Shown: positions 57,083-64,000 of the stretch, in pieces
How the letters are laid out: each line of letters starts with the position of its first letter
Position numbering within the stretch: position 1 is the first letter of the stretch
Assembly: GCA_965116475.1 (NCBI GenBank)
Contig: OZ220691.1
Span: 1,920,001-1,984,000 of the forward strand
DNA length: 64,000 bases
Direction: 5' to 3'
Source: Gemmatimonadota bacterium
GTDB lineage: Bacteria > Gemmatimonadota > Gemmatimonadetes > Palauibacterales > Palauibacteraceae
The notes under the pieces: model-generated
The model's input: the letters and a program-made list of their open reading frames with translations, nothing else
What the model was told of the DNA's origin: nothing
The model's database searches: none
Made by a program: the position numbers and the translations under genes

Positions 57083-58795
57083 TCAGTGGCCGATGGCGAG
57101 GCCGTCCTTGCGGGGGTCTGACGCGCCGGCCCAGCCGCGCTCGAGCTTCATGACGAGCTGACCGCCGCCGAACGAGGCGCTCTCCCAGTCCACGAGTTCG
57201 TGGCCGAGCGCGCCCATGCCGGCTTCGAGTCCGTCGGTCAGCCGCTCGACCGCCACCCGGAGCCCGCCCATGTGGCGGAAGCGGGCCGCGTCGATCGCCT
57301 GCTGCGGGTCCATCCCGAACTCGATCATGTTGAGGACGACCTGCGTGTGCCCCTGCGGCTGCATCGAGCCGCCCATGACGCCGAACGCCATCAGCGGCTC
57401 GCCGCCCCGGGTCACGAACCCCGGAATCAGCGTGTGGAAGGGCCGCTTGCCGGGCGCCACCTGGTTCGGGTGCCCGTCCTCGAGCGTGAAGCCGGCCCCG
57501 CGGTTCTGCAGCACGAACCCCGTCCCCGGGACGACGACGCCCGAGCCGAACGAGCCGTAGATGGAGTGGATGAAGGAGACCATGTTCCCGTACCGGTCGG
57601 CGACCGACAGGTAAATCGTCTCCGTCGCGGTCGCGAATTCGCCGGGCTCGACCCGGTCGGCGGCCACGGCCGGGTTGATGAGCGCCCGCCGCGACGCGAG
57701 GTAGTCGGGGTCGAGGAGTTGTTTCGGGTCGATCTCCATGTGGTCGGCATCCCCGACGTGCCGCGCCAGGTCCGCGAAGGCCACCTTCTTGGCCTCGATC
57801 AGGTGGTGGAGGTACTCGGGCGAGTTATGCCCCATGCCCGCCAGGTCGAACGGCTCGAGCATCCCCAGCATCTGCAGGGCGGCGACGCCCTGGCCGGCGG
57901 GCGGCAACTCCCAGATCGTCCACCCCTTGTAGTCCATGGACAGCGGCTCGACCCAGCGCACCTCCATCGCCGCCATGTCGGCCGGCGTGAGATAGCCGCC
58001 GAGTTCGGCGAGTCCCTCGGCCACCCGCGTGCCCAGCGCGCCTCCGTACATGGCGGCCGGGCCCTCCGCCGCGATCGTGCGCAGCGAACTCGCGAAGTCG
58101 GGGTTCCGGAACCACTCGCCCGCTTCGGGCGCCCGCTCGCCGTCGATGAGGTAGGTCGCCGCGGCCCCCGGATCCGCCTGCAGCTTGCGCAACTGCCCCT
58201 GCCACTGGCCCGCGATGATCGGTGTGACAGGGAAGCCCTCCTCGGCCAGCGCGATGGCCGGCGCCACGAGGTCGGCGAGCGGGCGGCTCCCGTACTTCTC
58301 GTTGAGTGCGCCCCAGCCCGCGATCGCCCCCGGCACGGTCACCGCCCCCGGCCCCGAGCCCGGCACGCGGTCGTAGCCGTCCGCCCGGATCCGTTCCGGC
58401 GTCATGTGGGTCCCCGCGCGGCCGGTCGCGTCCAGACCGACGAGACGCCCCTCCTCCGCGGACCAGAAGAGCGCGAACAGGTCGCCGCCGAGTCCCGTCA
58501 TGTGCGGCTCGACGAGCGAGAGCACGGACGAGGCCGCGATCGCCGCGTCGAAGGCGTTGCCGCCGTCGCGCAGCACGCCGAGCGCAACGCTCGACGCCAT
58601 GGGCTGGCTCGTCGCGACCATTCCGTTCGGGGCGTAGACGGTGGACCGCCCCGCCATGGACCCCGGAGCATTCATCGCGGCCTCCTGACTTGACGAGTTC
58701 CTCCGGCTCTCCGCGCCCGCCGTGCCGCAGGCGGCGGCGGTCACGGGGAGAACGGCGAGGACGAGAGTCGTGGCAACGTCGCGCATGCACATCAT
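57083..58795 (-). CDS. ggt: Gamma-glutamyltransferase
   Basis: GGNAFDAAIA, VTVPG, ETIYLSVAD autoproteolytic Thr, KRPFHTLIP, GVMGG, SDPRKDG. Confidence 0.93.
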   Translation of the reverse strand: MMCMRDVATTLVLAVLPVTAAACGTAGAESRRNSSSQEAAMNAPGSMAGRSTVYAPNGMVATSQPMASSVALGVLRDGGNAFDAAIAASSVLSLVEPHMTGLGGDLFALFWSAEEGRLVGLDATGRAGTHMTPERIRADGYDRVPGSGPGAVTVPGAIAGWGALNEKYGSRPLADLVAPAIALAEEGFPVTPIIAGQWQGQLRKLQADPGAAATYLIDGERAPEAGEWFRNPDFASSLRTIAAEGPAAMYGGALGTRVAEGLAELGGYLTPADMAAMEVRWVEPLSMDYKGWTIWELPPAGQGVAALQMLGMLEPFDLAGMGHNSPEYLHHLIEAKKVAFADLARHVGDADHMEIDPKQLLDPDYLASRRALINPAVAADRVEPGEFATATETIYLSVADRYGNMVSFIHSIYGSFGSGVVVPGTGFVLQNRGAGFTLEDGHPNQVAPGKRPFHTLIPGFVTRGGEPLMAFGVMGGSMQPQGHTQVVLNMIEFGMDPQQAIDAARFRHMGGLRVAVERLTDGLEAGMGALGHELVDWESASFGGGQLVMKLERGWAGASDPRKDGLAIGH

Positions 58796-58799
58796 TCGG

Positions 58800-58838
58800 C
58801 TGATCCCCCTGACTGATCCCTCTGGCTGATCCCCCTGA
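58800..58838. repeat. 13-bp tandem repeat (CTGATCCCCCTGA)x3, middle copy variant
   Basis: Read directly; immediately upstream of the ggt start. Confidence 0.75.
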
Positions 58839-58876
58839 GGGTGACGGTCGGGCCCGCACCGGGCGCCGCACGCACA

Positions 58877-59818
58877 CTACGGCCTCCATGCGGCCATGGC
58901 ATCCCAGCGCGGGTGGCGCGTGAGGTTCACCGGCCCCGATCCGTCCGCGCCCATCGCGTAAACCTCCGAGTTCCCGTCCCGCTTGGTCGAGAACAGCACG
59001 TACTCGCCGTCCGGCGACCAGCGCGGCAGTTCGTCCACTCCGGCGCGCCCCGAGAGGTTGGTCTGGCCGCCGCCATCCGCCCGCATGACGTAGATCTCGG
59101 CGTCGCCGATATCCCGGTAGGACGTGAAGACGATGCGCGATCCATCCGGCGACCACGAGGGGGAACGAGCGCCACCTTCAACCGGGAGCCTCGCGAGCCC
59201 CGTCCCATCCGCCCTCATCGTCCACAGCGAGAACCGCCGACCCCCGTCCCGGTCCGAGGCAAAGACGATCCGGGCACCGTCGGGCGACCAGTCCGGATCC
59301 ACGTCGAAGGACGATGGGCTCCGCGTGAGGTTCACCGGATTCGATCCGTCCACGTCGATCACCCAGACCTCCGGATCCCCCGTCCGCTCGGAGACGAAGA
59401 CCACCCGCTTCCCATCCGGTGACAGGCGCCCGGAACGGTCGTTGGCCGAATCCCGTGTCACCGGCCTCGCGTTCGAGCCGTCCGCGTCCATCAGAAAGAT
59501 GTCGGGGTTCCCGTCGCGCCAACTCGTGAACACGATCCGCGAACCGTCCGGCGTCCAGCTGGGCTCGAGGTTCGTCTCCCCTTCCTCCGTCAGCGGCCGC
59601 TGTCCCGTCCCGTCCGCGTTCGCCACCCAGATGCGCATGTATTGCCCACGGATCGCGGTGAAGACGATCTCGCCCGCCGCGGGCGGCTCGGGGCCCGTGG
59701 CGTCCACGCACCCGAGCGCCGCCAGCGAAGCCAGCATCACGCAAAGGAGATTTCGCACGGCCTTGGCAGCTGCCATCCCTCGTTGCGTCCCTCCGGGGCG
59801 CGGACAAGCTTGCGCCAT
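58877..59818 (-). CDS. TolB-like PD40-repeat lipoprotein (start uncertain)
   Basis: Repeated PxWSPDGxRIVFxS motifs; lipobox ALGC. Confidence 0.88.
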   Translation of the reverse strand: MAQACPRPGGTQRGMAAAKAVRNLLCVMLASLAALGCVDATGPEPPAAGEIVFTAIRGQYMRIWVANADGTGQRPLTEEGETNLEPSWTPDGSRIVFTSWRDGNPDIFLMDADGSNARPVTRDSANDRSGRLSPDGKRVVFVSERTGDPEVWVIDVDGSNPVNLTRSPSSFDVDPDWSPDGARIVFASDRDGGRRFSLWTMRADGTGLARLPVEGGARSPSWSPDGSRIVFTSYRDIGDAEIYVMRADGGGQTNLSGRAGVDELPRWSPDGEYVLFSTKRDGNSEVYAMGADGSGPVNLTRHPRWDAMAAWRP

Positions 59819-59847
59819 GGCGGTTCGGATCGACCAGGGAGTCAAAG

Positions 59848-61152
59848 ATGAGACAAATCGTACGCTCGCACCAAGCCCTCCTGCCTGCGTTGTCCCTCTT
59901 TCTCGCCCCGTTTCTCGGGTTCGGTTGCGGAGGAGCGGCGGACGATGCGGGAACCGCGGCCGGCGAGGAGGCTTCCATGGACGAGGCCGAACTGGAGCGG
60001 CGCGCGCGCGAGATCCACGAGCGCGTGCTCACGGTCGACACGCACGACGACATCCCCTACAACTTCGCCACCCCGGAGGTGGATCCGCTCAACGCGGACC
60101 GGCAGGTGAATCTCGAGAAGATGCGGGCCGGCGGGCTCGACGTCGGCTTCTTCATCGTCTACGTGGGACAGACCGAGCGCACGCCGGAGAACTACGAGGC
60201 GGCGAAGCAGGGCGCGATGACGAAGTTCGAGGCGATCCACCGCATGACGAACGAGATGTACCCGGAGCAGATCGGCCTCGCCCACACCGCCGCCGACGCG
60301 GAGCGGATCCACGCCGAGGGCCGGCTCGTGGCGGCGATCGGGATCGAGAACGGGTACGTGATCGGGACGGATCTCTCCCTCCTCGAGCGATACCACGAAC
60401 TCGGCGCCCGCTACATCACGCTGGCGCACAACGGGAACAACGACATCGCCGATTCGGCGCAACCCAACTTCGGGTTCGGCGACACGCCGGAGGAGAACGG
60501 GGGCATCAGCGACTTCGGCGAGGAGGTGATCGCCGAGATGAACCGGCTCGGGATCATGGTCGACGTCTCCCATATCTCGAAGGCGGCCAGCCTCGAGGCG
60601 ATGGAACTCTCCGAGGCTCCGGTCATCGCGTCGCACTCCGGCGCCCACGCCGTGAACGCCCACCCCCGCAACATGGACGACGAGCAGTTGTACGCCCTGC
60701 GCGAGAACGGCGGTGTGATCCAGGCCGTCGCCCTCGGGGCCTTCGTGAAGTCGCCCCCGGAGGACCAGCAGGCGGAGGTTACCGCGCTCCGGGAGGAGAT
60801 CGGCTTCACGAGCTTCTCCCAGATGACGGACGAACAGCGCGTCGCCTTCCGCGAGGGGATGGCCGAGATCCGGTCGCGGTATCCGGCCGTGAACGTGGCG
60901 GACTTCGTCGACCATATCGACCACGCCGTCAACCTGATCGGCATCGATTACGTCGGGATCAGTTCGGACTTTGATGGCGGTGGCGGCATCGAGGGGTGGA
61001 GCGATGCCTCGGAGACCTTCAACGTCACGCTCGAACTCGTGCGCCGCGGCTATTCCGAGGAAGAGATCCGGCGACTCTGGGGCGGGAACACGCTGCGCAT
61101 CTGGCGCGCCGCCGAGGAAGTCGCCGCTGAACTGCAGCAGGCCGGGGGCTGA
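59848..61152 (+). CDS. Membrane dipeptidase (M19) lipoprotein
   Basis: VDTHDD, IENG, MVDVSH, ASHS, SSDFDGG, WGGNTLR. Confidence 0.92.
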   Translation: MRQIVRSHQALLPALSLFLAPFLGFGCGGAADDAGTAAGEEASMDEAELERRAREIHERVLTVDTHDDIPYNFATPEVDPLNADRQVNLEKMRAGGLDVGFFIVYVGQTERTPENYEAAKQGAMTKFEAIHRMTNEMYPEQIGLAHTAADAERIHAEGRLVAAIGIENGYVIGTDLSLLERYHELGARYITLAHNGNNDIADSAQPNFGFGDTPEENGGISDFGEEVIAEMNRLGIMVDVSHISKAASLEAMELSEAPVIASHSGAHAVNAHPRNMDDEQLYALRENGGVIQAVALGAFVKSPPEDQQAEVTALREEIGFTSFSQMTDEQRVAFREGMAEIRSRYPAVNVADFVDHIDHAVNLIGIDYVGISSDFDGGGGIEGWSDASETFNVTLELVRRGYSEEEIRRLWGGNTLRIWRAAEEVAAELQQAGG

Positions 61153-62894
61153 TGAGCTTCAGGGCCCTCGCCACGGTCTCCTCGCTGGCGCTCGCGGCAG
61201 CCGCCTGCAGCGAATCGCCGGGCGCAGCCGCCGGGGCGGAGGCTCCCTTCCGGGTCGGCGCGACGCTCGACGTCGGGGCGGCCCCGCACGGCATCCGGTT
61301 CAGCGCGGATGGCGACACCGCCTGGGTGGCCCTGAGCGGCGAAGGCGGGATCGCGGTCGTGGAACTCTCCGCGTCCGCCGTCGTGGCGCGCTGGGAGGCC
61401 GGGGACGCGCCGCTCGACCTCGTCCGCGTCGACGGCGGCTGGCTGGTGAGCCAGTTCCGGGATTCGACGCTCATCCGGCTTGACGACGAGGGCCGGATCG
61501 TCCCCGGCGCCGTGTGGGATGTCGGGGCGGGTCCGTCGCTGTTCACGCCCGGGACCGTGCGCGGAGAGACCTGGATCACGACCGAGTTCTCCGACCGGTT
61601 GTGGACGGTGGACACCCGCGAGGGAACGCCGCGCGAATTCCACGCCACCGGCGACCGCCCCTATCCCGCGGACGTGATGTGGGACGGATCCCACGCCTTC
61701 GTCCCCAACCTCGATGAAGGGTCGGTCTCCGTCATCGATCTCCTGAACGGTGAACTGGACGCCACCGTCGAGGCGTGTCCAGGCCCGCCGGGGGGCGCGC
61801 TCACGCCCGATCAGGTCACCTACATCGTCGCCTGCGGCGGATCCGACGAGGTGGCCTTCATCAACACCGCGTCCTTCGCCGTCACGGGCCGCGTCTCGGA
61901 GGGCCTCGGTCCCCGGCCGTTCTCGGTCGCGGTGCCCGCGGACGGCCGCCACGCGTTGGTCAACAACGCGGGCGGGAACACCGTCTCCGTCGTCGACCTC
62001 GAGTCCCGCGCCGTCGTGCAGCGGCTCGAGGTCGGCGAGCAGCCCATCGTCCTCCGCGTGCACCCGGACGGCGAGCGCGTGTTCGTGGCGAACGAGATAT
62101 CGGGCACGCTGGTCGAACTGGTGCCGACCGCGGGATCGACCGCGGCGGGTTCGCCCGCTCCCTCCGACTCTCCCTCCGATGGCGAGGCGGCGCTGACCGA
62201 GGTCGTCGTGCTCGGGATGATCCACTCGGGCCACGAGACCAGCGAGACGTTCAGCCTCGAGGTCGTTCGCGACCTGGTGCGCGAGATCGATCCGGACTAC
62301 TGGCTGACGGAAATCCCGCCCAACCGCTGGGACCGCGCATGGGCCGAGTTCGAGGCCGCCGGGACGGTCGAGGAGCCCCGGGTCCGCCGCTTCCCCGAGT
62401 ACATGGAGGGGCTCTTCCCTCTCTCCCGCGAACTCGACTTCGAGGTCATTCCCACGGCGGGGTGGACCGAACCGATGTCGGACTTCCGGGCCGCGTATCT
62501 CGACGCCTACTCACGGGACCCGGACCGGGCCGACCGGTGGGCGGAATACCGGGCGGCCGCGGAGGCCTCAGCCGAGGCGCTCGCCGCGGGCGCGGCGGAC
62601 GACCCGCGCTGGATCCACACCGACGCCTACGACGAAGCCTACGACATCCGCATGCGGACGTACGCCCGCCTGTTCGACGCGGATCTGGGCCCCGGAGGGT
62701 GGGACGCGATCAACGCCTCGCACTGGGCGTACATCGAAGACGGGCTGGACCGGCATCGGGGCGAGGGGGTTCGCTTCCTCCTCACCTACGGCGCGGGCCA
62801 CAAGGGGCCCTTCCTGCGCGAACTCCGGCAGCGCGACGACATCGTGCTCCTGGACGTGGGACCGTTCCTCGATCGGATAGCCGCTGCCCGCTAG
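61152..62894 (+). CDS. YncE/YVTN beta-propeller lipoprotein fused to a putative metal-binding alpha/beta domain
   Basis: Lipobox AAAC, YVTN-like repeats (VSVIDL, NTVSVVDL), linker, then VLGMIH..TE..YGAGH. Confidence 0.7.
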   Translation: MSFRALATVSSLALAAAACSESPGAAAGAEAPFRVGATLDVGAAPHGIRFSADGDTAWVALSGEGGIAVVELSASAVVARWEAGDAPLDLVRVDGGWLVSQFRDSTLIRLDDEGRIVPGAVWDVGAGPSLFTPGTVRGETWITTEFSDRLWTVDTREGTPREFHATGDRPYPADVMWDGSHAFVPNLDEGSVSVIDLLNGELDATVEACPGPPGGALTPDQVTYIVACGGSDEVAFINTASFAVTGRVSEGLGPRPFSVAVPADGRHALVNNAGGNTVSVVDLESRAVVQRLEVGEQPIVLRVHPDGERVFVANEISGTLVELVPTAGSTAAGSPAPSDSPSDGEAALTEVVVLGMIHSGHETSETFSLEVVRDLVREIDPDYWLTEIPPNRWDRAWAEFEAAGTVEEPRVRRFPEYMEGLFPLSRELDFEVIPTAGWTEPMSDFRAAYLDAYSRDPDRADRWAEYRAAAEASAEALAAGAADDPRWIHTDAYDEAYDIRMRTYARLFDADLGPGGWDAINASHWAYIEDGLDRHRGEGVRFLLTYGAGHKGPFLRELRQRDDIVLLDVGPFLDRIAAAR

Positions 62895-62921
62895 GCGAGG
62901 TCGCCGCAGTCGGCCGAGCCG

Positions 62922-64000
62922 CTAGTCTCCGAGCAGGTCCAGGATCGCGGACTTCGAGATCAGTTCCGAGAAGACGTGGGGCTCCCCGCCCGGCCGGTAG
63001 AGGACGTAGAAGGGGATGCCGTAGCGGCCGAAGTCGGCCAGGTAGCGGCCGATCGACTCGTCGCGCCGCGTCCAGTCGGCCCGCATGGCGATGACGTCGT
63101 GCCGTTCGAACGCGCCCGCCACCTCCTCGGTCTCCAGGAAGAGCGTCTCGTTGACCTTGCAGGTGAAGCACCAGTCGGCCGTCACGTCGACGAACACGTA
63201 GGTGCCCTCCGCCGCGAGGTCCTCGGCCCGCTCGCGGTCGAAGGGCTGCCACGCGATCAGGCGGTCCTCCGGCGCGACGCCGATCGTCGAGGGCCCCGCT
63301 TCGGAGCGCCCCGCGGCCACCGTGGAGACCGCCACCACGGTCAGCGCCGCCGCGGCGACCCCGGCGAGGCGGCGCCCTGCCCGCCCGCGCTGCGACCGGC
63401 TGGCGAGCCAGATCGCGAGCGCCACGGCCAGCAGCCCGATCTCGAAGAAGGCCACGCGCGGCGCCGACACCAGGCCCGACATAACGAAGAGGAGCCACAC
63501 CAGCGTCGCCGCGAGCAGGAACCCCATCACGACGCGGAAGGTCGCCATCCACGGCCCCGGCCGCGGCAGCACGCGCCCCGCTGCCGGGAACGCCGCCAGG
63601 AGCAGGTACGGAGAGGCCATCCCGGCGCCGATCGCCCCGAACATCGCCACCGTTGTGCCCGAATCCTGCGTGAGCGCGAAGCCGAGCGCCGTCCCCAGGA
63701 AGGGGGCGGAGCAGGGCGTCGCCATCAGCGTGGCGAAGAAGCCGGTCACCAGGTGCCCCGCGAGCCCCTCGGAGGGACCCGACGAGCCCACCTTGGCCAG
63801 CGTCCCCGGGAGGTGGATCTCGAACAGCCCCCACATGTTGAGCGTGAAGAGAAGGATCACGACCGCGAGCGCCCCGACGAACAGCGGCTCCTGGAACTGG
63901 ATCCCCCAGCCCACCGCGACGCCGGCCGCGCGCGCCCCGATCGCCGCCCCCGCCAGCAGCAGGAAGGAGAGGATGATTCCGGCCGCCGTGGCGAGGCTCC
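62922..64000 (-). CDS. dsbD: Protein-disulfide reductase DsbD family (5' end outside window)
   Basis: WGIQFQEP, ATPCSAPFLG TM motif, TADWCFTCKVNE thioredoxin domain. Confidence 0.88.
   Translation of the reverse strand, partial: SLATAAGIILSFLLLAGAAIGARAAGVAVGWGIQFQEPLFVGALAVVILLFTLNMWGLFEIHLPGTLAKVGSSGPSEGLAGHLVTGFFATLMATPCSAPFLGTALGFALTQDSGTTVAMFGAIGAGMASPYLLLAAFPAAGRVLPRPGPWMATFRVVMGFLLAATLVWLLFVMSGLVSAPRVAFFEIGLLAVALAIWLASRSQRGRAGRRLAGVAAAALTVVAVSTVAAGRSEAGPSTIGVAPEDRLIAWQPFDRERAEDLAAEGTYVFVDVTADWCFTCKVNETLFLETEEVAGAFERHDVIAMRADWTRRDESIGRYLADFGRYGIPFYVLYRPGGEPHVFSELISKSAILDLLGD

Overview
High-GC (about 70%) bacterial chromosomal window. The gene content (many secreted hydrolases, LRR proteins, SoxCD, several TA modules) resembles Gemmatimonadota, possibly a host/sponge-associated lineage; this is inference only. 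It holds about 50 CDS: peptide/ester hydrolases (oligopeptidase B, two CocE/NonD, carboxylesterase, amidase, GGT, M19, M20), pckA, ppk2, a SoxCD-like sulfite dehydrogenase, two Na+/solute symporters, a methionine-biosynthesis locus with two back-to-back SAM-I riboswitches, a sarcosine-oxidase-like cluster, three VapC-type TA pairs and a decayed higBA. Features the ORF track misses or splits: (1) a peroxiredoxin-like selenoprotein (in-frame TGA in W-U-P-Y-C followed by a SECIS-like hairpin); (2) an inserted 1.6-kb cassette encoding a Cys-rich secreted peptide (apparent ATA start) coupled to a beta-propeller lipoprotein, with a candidate promoter carrying a G9 tract in its spacer, flanked by a duplicated 3' end of the neighbouring gene; (3) two tandem LRR proteins whose metzincin-like domain has lost its zinc ligands; (4) a repeated 16-bp parS-like palindrome; (5) a class A beta-lactamase-fold protein lacking Glu166 with an extra C-terminal domain.
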